The notes: generated by a model from the sequence alone, not told the origin. A DNA stretch of 64,000 nt from an uncultured bacterium (GCA_963695095.1 CAVOFT010000001.1:1952001-2016000), one strand, 5' to 3'; numbered from the stretch's first letter, positions 8,867 through 20,800 are shown. Translations and numbers: made by a program.

Positions 8867-10699
8867 ATGAGCGTTCAGACCCTTCCCGCCCTGCTCTTCC
8901 ATGCCACGCGCAAGCATTCCAATCCCAAAGCGTTCCAGCGGGTAGTGAATGGAATCTCGGAGGTCGTCTCGGCCGCCGAATTCGAGGGCAATTGCCTGCG
9001 CGTCGCCCTCGGGCTCGCAGGCAGAGGCCTGCGGCCCGGGGATCGCATCGCCATCCTCGCCCGCAGCAGCGTGGACTGGGCGCTCTGCGATTTCGCCATC
9101 CAGCTCCTGGGTGCCGTGTCGGTGCCGATCTACCCGACCTTGCCGGCCCCGGCCGTGGCCCGGATCCTCGCGCATGCCGGCTGTCGGGCCGCCTTCGTCG
9201 AAGACGCCGAGCAAGCGGCGAAGGTCCTGCCCCTTGCGACCGGCCGGGCCGAGGGCGGTCAGCCCGCAATCGCCGTGCTGATTCAATTCGGAGGCGAGCC
9301 TGCGGCCGGCGTCGATGGCCTCGCTGTACTCGCCGCCGAGGGCGCGGCCCGCGGCGAGGCTGCTGCGGAGCGGCTGCGCGAGGATGCTCTGGAGATACCC
9401 GAGGAGGCGGACTGCACGCTGGTCTACACCTCGGGCACCAGCGGCGAGCCAAAGGGTGTCCTGCTCACTCACCGCAACATCCTCAGCAACGTCCAGGCGG
9501 CTCTGCAGGTGATCCCGTTGAACGAGGAGGACACGGCCCTCAGTTGTCTGCCCCTGAGCCATCTGCTCGAGCGCACGGCGGGCCTGCACGCCATGATGCA
9601 CGCCGGCGCGTCCATCGCCTATGCGCAATCCCTGGAGAGCCTTGGGCAGGATCTCCTGGCTGTGCGGCCGACCGTGATGATCGCGGTGCCGCGGATCTAC
9701 GAGAAGATGTACGGACGCCTGCACGCCCGCGCCATGGCCGGCGGCTACCTGCAGCGGCGGCTCTTCGCCTGGTCGCGGCGCGTGGGCGCCGCCTGGACGA
9801 GCCGCCGCCTGGGCGGGACTCCCCCGCAGCTGCCGCTGCGCATCGCCCATCGCCTTGCCGATCGTCTCGTGTTCGCCCGTCTGCGCGCGCGCACAGGCGG
9901 GCGCCTGCGCTTTTTCGTCTCGGGCGGCGCACCGCTCGCACCCGAGATCGGCAGCTTCTTCTACGCGGCCGGCTTGCCGATCCTGGAGGGCTACGGCCTG
10001 ACCGAGACGAGCCCGATCATCAGCGTCAACAGCAGCGCCGGACTGCGCTTGGGCAGCGTGGGCAAGGCCCTGCCCGGCGTCGAAGTGCGCATCGCTGCGG
10101 ATGGTGAGATCCTCACTCGCGGACCGCATGTGATGCGCGCTTACTACCGCGATGAGGAGGCGACGCGCGCCGCGCTCGACGACGCGGGCTGGTTCGCCAC
10201 GGGCGACATCGGCGAGCTCGACGCCGAGGGCTACCTGCGCATCACCGATCGCAAGAAGGATCTCCTCGTGACTGCCGGCGGCAAGAACGTCGCCCCGCAG
10301 CCGATCGAGGTCCGCTTCAAGCAGGATCGCTTCATCAGCGAGTGCGTCCTGATCGGCGATCGCCGCCCCTTCATCGCCGCGCTGATCGTGCCCGACTTCG
10401 CAGCCTTGCGCAGCGCCGCGGCGCAGAAAGGGATAGCCGTCTCATCGGCCACCGCTCTGGCGACAGACCCGCAGGTGCTCAGGCTCTTCGCGCGCCGATT
10501 GGCGCGACTGAATGCGGACCTTGCCCCCCATGAGAAGGTCAGGGCCTGGCGGCTTCTCGATCACGAGCTGACGCTGGATGCCGGCGAGTTGACCCCATCG
10601 CTGAAGGTGCGTCGACGGCAGGTCCTGGAGCGCTATGCGGCCGTGGTCGAGGGGATCTACGCCGGAACGGTCCCTCCCACCGGAAGCAGCCCGCGCTAG
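8867..10699 (+). CDS. fadD: Long-chain fatty acid--CoA ligase
   Basis: YTSGTSGEPKG, EGYGLTE, GWFATGDIG, DRKKDLLVTAGGKNVAP, ELTPSLK. Confidence 0.9.
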   Translation: MSVQTLPALLFHATRKHSNPKAFQRVVNGISEVVSAAEFEGNCLRVALGLAGRGLRPGDRIAILARSSVDWALCDFAIQLLGAVSVPIYPTLPAPAVARILAHAGCRAAFVEDAEQAAKVLPLATGRAEGGQPAIAVLIQFGGEPAAGVDGLAVLAAEGAARGEAAAERLREDALEIPEEADCTLVYTSGTSGEPKGVLLTHRNILSNVQAALQVIPLNEEDTALSCLPLSHLLERTAGLHAMMHAGASIAYAQSLESLGQDLLAVRPTVMIAVPRIYEKMYGRLHARAMAGGYLQRRLFAWSRRVGAAWTSRRLGGTPPQLPLRIAHRLADRLVFARLRARTGGRLRFFVSGGAPLAPEIGSFFYAAGLPILEGYGLTETSPIISVNSSAGLRLGSVGKALPGVEVRIAADGEILTRGPHVMRAYYRDEEATRAALDDAGWFATGDIGELDAEGYLRITDRKKDLLVTAGGKNVAPQPIEVRFKQDRFISECVLIGDRRPFIAALIVPDFAALRSAAAQKGIAVSSATALATDPQVLRLFARRLARLNADLAPHEKVRAWRLLDHELTLDAGELTPSLKVRRRQVLERYAAVVEGIYAGTVPPTGSSPR

Positions 10700-11349
10700 T
10701 AGCCGCCCTGGCTGGGTGCGAAGCTCTGGCTGGGCTCGGCGAACTTCGCTGCATCGTCGAGCTTGTCGCAGTAGGCCTTCATCTCGGCGTAGCTCTGCAG
10801 CAGCTTCTTCTCATCCGGATTGTCGACAACGCGCAGACGGCGCATGCCGGGCAGGAAGAACTGGACGGTAAGCTGCGAAGCCATGAGGCCATGCTCCGTG
10901 GCCTCACGTTGCTGCCGTGGCAACTCGACGTAGCAGTTGACGAAGTCCTGGCTGGCGGCGACCACCGCCGGCCGCCGGTAGAGCTGAGGCAGGAGGAAGA
11001 GGCAGTCGGCGCAGGTGTGATCGAAGACGTAGAAGGCAAGCGGCCGCCCGGTGTCCTTGGCCTTGCGCACGGCCGTGCTGAGCTCGTTGTAGAAGTAGAC
11101 CCGGGTCGGATGCCGCCGCAAGTGCCCCTTCGCTGCGAAGCTGATCTCGCGATCCAGGTTGGGATTGTCGTCGTTGAGGGCGTTCTGATCGAAGATCCAC
11201 TGGCGATAGACATGCCCCTCGTCCCAGAGCGAATCCCGCGCCGCCCCGAGTTCCTTGCCGAGCAGGACATCCTTGGCTTGCGGCGCCGGAGCGGCGAGCA
11301 AGAGGCCCCCGAGGAGGGCGAGAGCGGTAAGCTGGCGAAGGTCGCGCAT
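10696..11349 (-). CDS. Secreted thioredoxin-fold-like protein
   Basis: Signal peptide; 'AKDTGRPLAFYVFDHTCADC' CxxC context. Confidence 0.55.
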   Translation of the reverse strand: MRDLRQLTALALLGGLLLAAPAPQAKDVLLGKELGAARDSLWDEGHVYRQWIFDQNALNDDNPNLDREISFAAKGHLRRHPTRVYFYNELSTAVRKAKDTGRPLAFYVFDHTCADCLFLLPQLYRRPAVVAASQDFVNCYVELPRQQREATEHGLMASQLTVQFFLPGMRRLRVVDNPDEKKLLQSYAEMKAYCDKLDDAAKFAEPSQSFAPSQGGY

Positions 11350-11421
11350 GGCGTGTCTCTCCAGGGTAGCGTGGAAATGATCGTGAAGCTTACTCCGCCG
11401 GACCGCTCTCGAGCAAGGCCC

Positions 11422-12466
11422 TCAGGCGCGCAGGGTTTGCCCGCGCAGGGACGCGATCAGCGTTGCCTCGAGCAGCTCCCGCGCCTGGCCGGCGCCGCCG
11501 CGCTTCAGGCGGACATCGAGCTTCTGCAAATTCAGCAACCAGGCCAGAAGTTCCCGCTTGCTGAGCTTGCTGGCCCGGGCGACGAGTTCCTGCGCCCGCT
11601 CCGGCCAGAGGCCCAGCGCGGCCGCGGCAGCCGCCTGCGACCCGCGCGCCTCCAGGAGCAGCCGCGCTCGCAGCAGCTGCGTGAACGTGAAACTGAGGGC
11701 GCCGATCAGGGGGATCGGCTCTCCCCCCTCGGCGAGGATGCGCGCCAGGGAAGCCATCGCTTCGCCCTGGCTCTCCGGGCGCAGGAGTCCCGCCAATCGC
11801 CAGACGTCTTCCGCGCGCTGATGCCCGACGAGCTGCTCGAGCTCCCGCCGGCCGAGCTTCTGGCCCGGCGCCGTCCCGAGTCGCAGCTTCTCGATCTCGC
11901 TGGCGAGCTCGCCCGGATCCGGAGGCAGGGCCGCGACGAGACGGGCCGGAAGATCGGCGTCGAAGTCGAGTCCCGCCGCGCGCAGGCGGTTGGCTGCCCA
12001 GGCCGTGAGCGCGGCCTCGCCCGCCAGCTCGATCTTCAGCGCGAGCCCACCCTGCTTGACGATGCGGTTCTTCGCCGCCATGGAGCTGCGCCAGATTGGA
12101 CGCGCTCAGGCAGATCACGTTCTGCCCAGGCGGCTCGGCGAGGTAGCGGGCCAGGGCTGCGCGGATCTCCTCCCCGAGCTTCTTCCCCACCTCCAGGACC
12201 ACGAGCTTGCGGGGATCGAAGAAGGAGTAGCTGCGCAGGAGCACCTCGACGGCCGACCAGTCCGAGCGGCTGTCCAGACTGCGTTCTTCGTAGGAGAAAT
12301 CGCGGCTGGCGGCGGGCACGCAGGCGTCCCGCAGCAGGGCGACCGCCTCGCGCCGCAGCAGGTCGCTCTCCGCGGTGATGAGGTAGCTGGGGCGCAGGCC
12401 CCGCGCCAGATCCGCGCGCAGCGCGGCCAGCGGATCCCCGAACGCGCTCGGCCGCCGACCGGGCAT
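11422..12466 (-). CDS. holA: DNA polymerase III delta subunit; +1 frameshift near 12082
   Basis: YLITAESDLLRRE, YSFFDPRKLVVL, LASEIEKLRL, DVRLKRG; downstream of lptE as in the usual synteny. Confidence 0.85.
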
Positions 12467-12467
12467 G

Positions 12468-12989
12468 CTACCACTCCCCGAAGACGGCATTGAGAGCGGC
12501 ATCGACAATCTGCTCGATGGCCTTCTCCTCCGCGCGGTCGCGGGTGAGCTCGGCGCCGGCCGCACTGCCTTCGACGAAGAAGCTCTCGCTGCCGGTGAAG
12601 CGGCGATTGCTCCAGAGGGCCTCCCCCGTCGCGCTGCGCTGGAAGCTCAGCTCGAGCACGATCGTCAACTTGTACTCGTCGGCGCTGCCGGCCTCGCTGA
12701 TGGAGAAGGGCGCCTCGCTATAGCGAACGACGCTGCCGCTGAGGAGGATAGTCCTCCTGGCCGCGGGGCACCAGGCGCATGCCGCCGTCGGCTTCCAGCG
12801 CTTCGCTGAGCGCAGTCGTGGCCAGCAGTTCCAGATCCGGCTGCGCCGTGCGATTCTCGAGGAACGGCACGGCGACGCTGCCCGTCAGGGCCCGCCCGCG
12901 GCTGCTGCCGTGGTAGTAGCCGCAAGCGGTGGAGAGGAGAAGGATGAGGCCGCTCGCGCAGGCGACGCGCAGGCGCCAGGGCAGCCGTT

Positions 12990-12993
<4 letters not shown>
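12468..12993 (-). CDS. lptE: LPS assembly lipoprotein LptE; +1 frameshift near 12747
   Basis: Lipobox LSTAC-GY, VAVPFLENRT, C-terminal helix AIEQIVDAAL; upstream of holA. Confidence 0.8.
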
Positions 12994-14415
<1,422 letters not shown>

Positions 14416-14422
14416 CTGGACC

Positions 14423-15370
14423 TCAATCGCCCTGCGCCGCCATTGCCTGGTACCAGGCGACGGTGCGCCGCAGGCCTTCCTCGAAGGTGACCACCGGCTC
14501 GTAGCCGATCAACGCGTGGGCGCGACTGATGTCCGCCTGGGAGTGGTCGACATCGCCCGCGCGCCGCGGCCCGAACTCCGGTTCGCAGCTCACGCCGAGC
14601 AGTTCGCGAATCTGATCGAAGAGATAGCGAACCGAGAAGGAGCCGCCGCAGGCGACGTTCACCGTCTCCCCCGCCGTGCGCGCCGCGGTCATCGCGGCCA
14701 GATTGCCGGCGACGACGTTGTCGATGTAGGTGAAATCCCGCGTCTGGCTGCCGTCGCCGTCGATGCGAGGCGAGCGGCCGGCCAGCAGCTCGCGCGCAAA
14801 GAGCGGCAGCACCGCCGCGTAGGGCGAGTCCGGATCCTGGCGGGGACCGAACACGTTGAAGTAGCGGATGCTGAGGGTTTCCAGTCCGTACACGGCGCTG
14901 AAGGCGCGGCAGTAGTGCTCGCCCGCCAGCTTGCTCACGGCGTAGGGCGACATCGGCTGTGGCGTCAGATCCTCGTGCTTGGGACTGACCTCGACGTTGC
15001 CGTAGGCGGAGCTGCTGCCCGCGTAGATCACGCGGCGCACGCCCGCATCGCGGGCGGCCTCGAGGACGTTCAAGGTGCCCGTCACGTTCACCTCGTTCGA
15101 GGCCAGCGGCTCCTTTACCGAGCGGGGCACGGAGGCCAGCGCTGCTTCGTGGAAGACGTAGTCGCAGCCCTGCATGGCGCGCCCGACGGCCTCCGCGTCG
15201 CGCAGGTCGGCCACTTCGAGGCGGATGCGGTTGCGGTGCTCCGCGAGATTGCCCTCATGTCCGGTCGAGAGGTTGTCAAGGACGACCACCGCGTTGCCGT
15301 CCGCGACCAGGGCGGCGACGATGTGGCTGCCGATGAAGCCGGCGCCGCCCGTAACGAGAATCCTGGCCAT
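14423..15370 (-). CDS. NAD-dependent nucleotide-sugar 4-epimerase (WbpP-like)
   Basis: GGAGFIGS, SVPRSV, SPYAVSK, YFNVFGPRQDP. Confidence 0.9.
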   Translation of the reverse strand: MARILVTGGAGFIGSHIVAALVADGNAVVVLDNLSTGHEGNLAEHRNRIRLEVADLRDAEAVGRAMQGCDYVFHEAALASVPRSVKEPLASNEVNVTGTLNVLEAARDAGVRRVIYAGSSSAYGNVEVSPKHEDLTPQPMSPYAVSKLAGEHYCRAFSAVYGLETLSIRYFNVFGPRQDPDSPYAAVLPLFARELLAGRSPRIDGDGSQTRDFTYIDNVVAGNLAAMTAARTAGETVNVACGGSFSVRYLFDQIRELLGVSCEPEFGPRRAGDVDHSQADISRAHALIGYEPVVTFEEGLRRTVAWYQAMAAQGD

Positions 15371-15379
15371 CCGCGCCTC

Positions 15380-16693
15380 CTAGAGTCGAAAGATCTTGGG
15401 CGACTCGACGCCCTTGAGCACATTGCGCGTATCGACCACCAGCGGCACGGCGGCAAGCAGCGACCGGTAGTCGACCTGAGCGTGGTTCGTGATCACCACC
15501 GCCACATCGACGCCCTTCAGGTCGGCGGGCGCCAGTGCTCGGCGGGGCACATCGGCCAGCTCCGGAATCACGGCCGTGATCCAGTCATCGTGGAAGCTCA
15601 CCTGTCCGCCCTTGGCCTGCAGCAGCTTGATCACGTCCAGGGCCGGGCTTTCCCGGTAGTCGTCGATGTTCGCCTTGTAGGCCACGCCGAGCACCAGGAT
15701 GTTGGCGCCGTTGACGGCCTTCTTCTGCGAGTTGAGCGCGTCGGTGACGACTTCGACCACATGATCCGGCATGTGGCTGTTCACCTCGCCGGCCAGCTCG
15801 ATGAAGCGGGCCTCGAAGCCGTGCAAACGCGCCTTCCAGCTCAGGTAGAAGGGGTCGATGGGAATGCAGTGGCCGCCCAGGCCCGGGCCCGGATAGAAGG
15901 GCATGAAGCCGAAGGGCTTGGTGGCGGCGGCGTCGATGACGTCCCAGACGTTGATGCTCATGCGGCTGCAGATCAGGGCGATCTCGTTGACGAGACCGAT
16001 GTTCACCGAGCGGAAGGTGTTCTCCAGCAGCTTGACCGTCTCCGCCACGCGACTCGAGGAGACGGGGATCACGGTGTCGATGGCGCGGGCGTAGAGGGCG
16101 ACGGCCACTTCCGTGCAGGCCGGCGTGATGCCGCCCACCACCTTGGGGATGTTCCGCGTCTGGTACTTCTCGTTGCCGGGATCGACGCGCTCCGGGCTGA
16201 AGGCGAGGAAGAAGCTCTCCCCTACCCGCCGGCCCGTGGCCTCGAGCTTGGGCAAGATGACCTCGTCGGTGGTGCCGGGATAGGTCGTGCTCTCGAGGAT
16301 GACGAGGGTGCCGTCGCTCATGTGGCGAGCGATCTCGTCCGTCGCGGCGACGATGTAGGAGATGTCCGGGTCGCGCGTCTTGCCCAGCGGCGTCGGCACG
16401 GCGATGTTGATGGTGTCGATGTCCTTCAGCAGCGCGAAGTCCGTGGTCGCTGCCAGCAGCCCCGCCTTGACGAGCGGCGCCAGGGTCTCCGACGGCACGT
16501 CCTGGATGTAGCTCTCGCCCCGCCCGATCGCATCCACCTTGCGCGCATCGAGATCCACGCCCAGCACCCGCATGCCGCTCTTGGCGAACTCGACGGCCAG
16601 CGGGAGCCCGACGTAGCCCAGGCCGATCACAGCGCAGTGCGCCTGGCCGGCGGCAATCTTTGCCTTCAACGCTTCGAAATGGGACATGCTCAC
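15380..16693 (-). CDS. UDP-N-acetylhexosamine 6-dehydrogenase (WbpA-like)
   Basis: GLGYVGLP, ESTTYPGTT, SPERVDPGN, GPGLGGHCIPIDPFYL. Confidence 0.9.
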   Translation of the reverse strand: MSMSHFEALKAKIAAGQAHCAVIGLGYVGLPLAVEFAKSGMRVLGVDLDARKVDAIGRGESYIQDVPSETLAPLVKAGLLAATTDFALLKDIDTINIAVPTPLGKTRDPDISYIVAATDEIARHMSDGTLVILESTTYPGTTDEVILPKLEATGRRVGESFFLAFSPERVDPGNEKYQTRNIPKVVGGITPACTEVAVALYARAIDTVIPVSSSRVAETVKLLENTFRSVNIGLVNEIALICSRMSINVWDVIDAAATKPFGFMPFYPGPGLGGHCIPIDPFYLSWKARLHGFEARFIELAGEVNSHMPDHVVEVVTDALNSQKKAVNGANILVLGVAYKANIDDYRESPALDVIKLLQAKGGQVSFHDDWITAVIPELADVPRRALAPADLKGVDVAVVITNHAQVDYRSLLAAVPLVVDTRNVLKGVESPKIFRL

Positions 16694-16759
16694 TTCCTGC
16701 TCGGGAGCCGGGGCGCAGCCGGCCGCTGGGCGGCGGGCGGCGCTTGGCCGGATCTCAGT

Positions 16760-17110
16760 TTATTCGATAGAGTTACGACTACTCCTCAGCGTGCGGCCCA
16801 ACTCCCGCAGCTCCACGCTGAGGCGGATCAGCCGGTAGAGGAGGACGAGGAGAAGCAGCCCGATACCCAGCGGCAAGAGCCATGCCCGGGATCCGTAGTC
16901 GGCCAGGAAATGGGCGCGCAGCAGGCGCAGCGCGCTGGCGAGCAGCCACAGGAGCCCGCCGCAGAGCAGCGCGAGCGTGACCGCTTGCACCATCTTGGCC
17001 GCGAATTCCTCGCCGAGACGCCGGCTCCGCCGGAAGCGCCCCAGATCGGCCGCGCCGCGACGTGAGGATCGCCGGCGCGACGAGCCGCCGAAGCGGCTCG
17101 CGGCCGTCAT
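16760..17110 (-). CDS. Hypothetical two-TM membrane protein
   Basis: Two hydrophobic helices; ATGA overlap with the upstream small ORF. Confidence 0.55.
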   Translation of the reverse strand: MTAASRFGGSSRRRSSRRGAADLGRFRRSRRLGEEFAAKMVQAVTLALLCGGLLWLLASALRLLRAHFLADYGSRAWLLPLGIGLLLLVLLYRLIRLSVELRELGRTLRSSRNSIE

Positions 17111-17322
17111 GGGCCGCCCTCGCCGGCGCTGCGCCGGCTTTCGATTTCTTCGTAGTCAGCATCCTGGATGTCAGCCTCTTTGAAGGGAACAGCCGGGGGC
17201 CGGCTGGCGTCGGGGGACTGGGCTCCAGGGGCCTGCCGCTGCTTGCCCCCCCCGAATGGGCGCAGGAGCCTGCGCAGCAGCAAGAAGCCCAGGAGGACGA
17301 GGATGAGGCGTAATATCCACAT
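17107..17322 (-). CDS. Small membrane-anchored hypothetical protein
   Basis: MWILRLILVLLGFLLLRRLL...IQDADYEEI. Confidence 0.6.
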   Translation of the reverse strand: MWILRLILVLLGFLLLRRLLRPFGGGKQRQAPGAQSPDASRPPAVPFKEADIQDADYEEIESRRSAGEGGP

Positions 17323-17330
17323 GGTGTAGG

Positions 17331-17404
17331 TACGCCCGGCAGGATTCGAACCTGCGACCCCTTGCTCCGGAGGCAAGTGCTCTATCCAACTGAGCCACGG
17401 GCGC
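17331..17404 (-). tRNA. tRNA-Arg(CCG)
   Basis: GCGCCCG/CGGGCGT acceptor stem, CTTGC-CTCCGGA-GCAAG anticodon arm. Confidence 0.96.
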
Positions 17405-17454
17405 AGCGGGTCGAAGTTAGGGGATCTCCCGCGGCTTTGCCAGGTAAATCTGGC

Positions 17455-19164
17455 TCAGGCGCCGGCCGCACGGGCGAGCAGGCGCCCGGCGAGGGCGAGG
17501 GTGTCCGCTTCGGGCTCGGACTCCCCCAGCATGCGCGCGATCTCGCGCAGGCGCTCCTCGCCGCTCAAGGCCAGCACCTGCGTGCGCGTGCGCTCGCCGG
17601 CGAAGTCCTTGCGCACGCAGAACTGGCGGTCGGCCGCCGCGGCGAGGCGGGCCTGGTGCGTCACGAGCAGGACCTGACGCCGGCGCGCGAGGGCGGCCAG
17701 TTCCTGGCCCAAGGTAGCGGCGAGGTCGGCGCCGATGCCCGCGTCCACCTCGTCGAGGACGAGGACCGGCACTGCCGCCTCGCGCGCCTGGGCCGGCCCC
17801 CTCTCGATGAGATGCCGGGCGAAGGCAATCCGCGACAGCTCGCCCCCGCTGGGCAGCTCGCCCAGTCCACCCTCGGGCAGATCCGGATTCGGGCGGACGA
17901 GCACCTCCACCCGGTCCATCCCCCACTCGCCGGCCCGAAAACCGGCGTCCGGCAGGCGCACCCAGCCCTCGGGGTCGGGAATCGGCGTGACGGCGATGCG
18001 CAGGGTGGCGCGGGCGAGGCCCAGAGCCGCCAGGCGCGCCTGCCAGCGCGCACCCAGGTCGGCAGCGGCGCCCTGACGCCGCTGGCTGAGCGCCAGGGCG
18101 GCAGCGGCCAGGCGGGTCTCGGCGGCCTCGCGCTCGCGCGCCCGCTCGCCGAGGAGGCGGTCCTGGTCGCCGAGCTGATCGAGCAGCTCCTGCTGCTCGG
18201 CGGCCCAGGCCAGGATGGCCTCCAGCTCCCGTCCGTGCTTGCGCTCCAGGGCCGTCAGGCGGCCCAGGCGTTCCGCCAGGCGCTCGCCCTCCCTGGCCTC
18301 CAGGATCGAGCTCTCCGCTCGCGCGCGGAGGCCGCGCACGAGCTCCTGCAGGGCCTCGTCAAGGAAGGGGCCGGGAAAGTCCAGCGGCGCCTCGCCGAGG
18401 CGCTCCAGGCGCTCCAGGAGGCCCTCCACGGCGCTGAGGCCTTCCTTGAGCCCCCCCTTGCCGTCGATGGCCTGCACCAGCGCGCGGTAGGTCTCCTGCA
18501 GGCGAGTGGCGTTGCGCAATCGCCGCTCCTGTTGCTCGAGCTGCTCCCGCTCGCCCGGCCGAGGCGCCAGGGCCGCGATCTCCTCGAGCTGATAGCGCAG
18601 GTAGTCCTCGTCGCCCCGCAGGGCCGTCAGGCGCGTCGCCAGTTGCTCCTCGTGCTGGCGCAGCCCGCGCAGGGTGGCCAGCTCCGCCTGGTAGCTCGCG
18701 ATCAGGGCAGCGCTGTCGGCGTACTCGTCCAGGAGCCGCCGCTGCGCCTCCGCCTCGACGAGGTCGAGTTGCGCATGCTGGTCCTGGCGCTCCAGGAGCA
18801 GCCCCCCCAGCTCCTTCAGCCGGCGCAGGGGCAGCGGGAAACCGTCGCAGCTGGCCGAGCTGCGGCCATCAGCGCGCAGTTCTCGGCGAAGGAGGAGGCC
18901 CTCCTCCCCCAGCTCGAAGCCCAGCGCCCTCAGCTGCGTGAGCTGGTCGGCCTCCGGCGCGAAATACGCCTCGACGACGGCTCGCTCCGCGCCCGGGCGA
19001 ATCCAGTCGGCGCGGCCGCGCGCCCCCGTCACCAGGGCGAGCGCAGCCAGCAGGACGGACTTGCCCGCGCCCGTCTCGCCGCTGAGCACGTTCAGGCCCG
19101 CCGCGAACTCGAGAGTGGCCGCCTCCACCACGAGGAGATTGCCGATGCGCAGGTGCGTGAGCAC
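17455..19164 (-). CDS. recN: DNA repair protein RecN
   Basis: SGETGAGKS, SGGELSRI, VLDEVDAGIG, VTHQ, EIARMLG. Confidence 0.95.
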   Translation of the reverse strand: MLTHLRIGNLLVVEAATLEFAAGLNVLSGETGAGKSVLLAALALVTGARGRADWIRPGAERAVVEAYFAPEADQLTQLRALGFELGEEGLLLRRELRADGRSSASCDGFPLPLRRLKELGGLLLERQDQHAQLDLVEAEAQRRLLDEYADSAALIASYQAELATLRGLRQHEEQLATRLTALRGDEDYLRYQLEEIAALAPRPGEREQLEQQERRLRNATRLQETYRALVQAIDGKGGLKEGLSAVEGLLERLERLGEAPLDFPGPFLDEALQELVRGLRARAESSILEAREGERLAERLGRLTALERKHGRELEAILAWAAEQQELLDQLGDQDRLLGERAREREAAETRLAAAALALSQRRQGAAADLGARWQARLAALGLARATLRIAVTPIPDPEGWVRLPDAGFRAGEWGMDRVEVLVRPNPDLPEGGLGELPSGGELSRIAFARHLIERGPAQAREAAVPVLVLDEVDAGIGADLAATLGQELAALARRRQVLLVTHQARLAAAADRQFCVRKDFAGERTRTQVLALSGEERLREIARMLGESEPEADTLALAGRLLARAAGA

Positions 19165-19166
19165 GC

Positions 19167-20045
19167 CTACCTCCCGTCCGGCGTCCCCCAGCCCAGCTTC
19201 TCACTGACGAGGCCGTAGTAGCTGAAGTCCAGCGGCAGCGCGATGCGCAGAGGCTTTGCCGGCGCCCGGCGGATGCGGATCTCGTCGCCGCTGCCGAGCC
19301 CGAGCGCGATGAGGCCGTCCAGGGTGAGCGTCGCCTCGCCGCTGCGCTGGCCGATGGCGACGACCAGCTCCTCCTCGCCGCCAACCAGGATGGGGCGGAT
19401 CGACAGCGCATGGGGGCAGATCGGCGTGGCGACCAGGGCATCCATCGTCGGGTGCACGATGGGGCCGCCCGCGGAGAGCGAGTAGGCGGTGGAACCGGTC
19501 GGCGTCGCCACGATGAGCCCGTCGGCGCGATAGCCGCCCAGGTGCTGTCCGCCCACGGCGATCCGGAATTCGACGAGGCGGTTGCCCTGGCTCATGTGGA
19601 CGACGGCATCGTTGAGGGCGAGCAGTTCCCGCTGAGCGGCGCCGGCATGGCGCAGCGTCGCGCCCAGGCGCATGCGCTCCTCGACGCGATACTGGCCGGC
19701 CAGGATCGCGCCAAGCGCCCCTTCGAGGTCCTCCAGCTTCAGCAGGGTGAGGAAGCCCAGGCTGCCCAGGTTGATGCCCAGGAGCGGCGCGCTGGCCGCC
19801 TCGAGGTCGCGCGCCGCGCGCAGGAAGCTGCCGTCGCCGCCGAACACGAGAAAGAGCTCGCAAGCCGCCGCGAAGTCCTGCACGCGCGCGCCATGGGCGG
19901 GGCGGCCGAGCCAGGGCCCTGTCGCGCTGTCCAGCAGGACCTCGCTGCCCGCCGCCGCCGCCACGGCAAGGGCGCGTTCGACGACGCCCCGCGCCCCCGG
20001 CGCTTCACGGTTCACGATAATGCCGAGGCGGCGAATCGGCTCCAT
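19167..20045 (-). CDS. nadK: NAD+ kinase
   Basis: GGDGSFL, NLGSLGFL, NDAV, DGLIVATPTGSTAYSLSAGGP. Confidence 0.96.
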   Translation of the reverse strand: MEPIRRLGIIVNREAPGARGVVERALAVAAAAGSEVLLDSATGPWLGRPAHGARVQDFAAACELFLVFGGDGSFLRAARDLEAASAPLLGINLGSLGFLTLLKLEDLEGALGAILAGQYRVEERMRLGATLRHAGAAQRELLALNDAVVHMSQGNRLVEFRIAVGGQHLGGYRADGLIVATPTGSTAYSLSAGGPIVHPTMDALVATPICPHALSIRPILVGGEEELVVAIGQRSGEATLTLDGLIALGLGSGDEIRIRRAPAKPLRIALPLDFSYYGLVSEKLGWGTPDGR

Positions 20046-20800
20046 CAGCGGCCTCCCCGGCCGGCGGCTGCCGCCCGCCGCCGCGCCAGCATGAAGTACT
20101 CCCGCTGGCGCTGGTCCGGCCCCGGTTCCACGGGCTCGCTGAGGAGCGGCTCCCAGCCCTCGGTCTGTGCGCAGTCGAGCACTTCCGCGAGCAGGCGCTC
20201 GGCGAGTTGCGGGTCGCGCAGGCGGCCCCCCGCCGTGAGCGCGGCCGGCGGCGCCTCGAACTGCGGCTTGACCAGGGCGATGAGCAGGGCCTCCGGCGCC
20301 AGCGGCAAGCGCAGTTTCGGCAGCACGCTGCGCAGCGAGATGAAGGACAGGTCCAGCAGCAGGATGTCGCAGGGAGCGGGCAGCTCGGTCACGGCACGGA
20401 TGTCCTGCGCCTCGAGCGCCGCCAGCCGTGGCTCTCCGCGCAGATCGACGGCCAGCTGGCCGCGCCCCAGTTCGACGGCGAGCACGGAGGCCGCACCCCG
20501 CTCGAGGGCGAGCTGGCTGAAGCCGCCGCTGGCCGCCCCGCCGTCCACGACGTGGCGCCCGCTGAAGTCGACGCCCTTGCCCTCGAGGAAACGGCGCAGC
20601 TTGTCATAGCCGCGGCCCACGCGCTGCCGGCTGGCCGCCGGCGCCACGCGGATCTCCTGCTGCGGGCCGACCAGTTCCGCCGGACGGGTGATGACTGCTC
20701 CGGCTACGCTGACCAGGCCTTCGAGGATGAACTCGCGCCCCTGATTGCGGCTGCGCACGAGCCCTCGCTCGACGAGGGCCCGATCCAGGCGGGTGCTCAC
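20045..20800 (-). CDS. tlyA: TlyA-family rRNA 2'-O-methyltransferase
   Basis: S4 domain RLDRALVERGL, DLSFISL, LVKPQFE; dxs-tlyA-nadK-recN synteny. Confidence 0.92.
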   Translation of the reverse strand: MSTRLDRALVERGLVRSRNQGREFILEGLVSVAGAVITRPAELVGPQQEIRVAPAASRQRVGRGYDKLRRFLEGKGVDFSGRHVVDGGAASGGFSQLALERGAASVLAVELGRGQLAVDLRGEPRLAALEAQDIRAVTELPAPCDILLLDLSFISLRSVLPKLRLPLAPEALLIALVKPQFEAPPAALTAGGRLRDPQLAERLLAEVLDCAQTEGWEPLLSEPVEPGPDQRQREYFMLARRRAAAAGRGGR

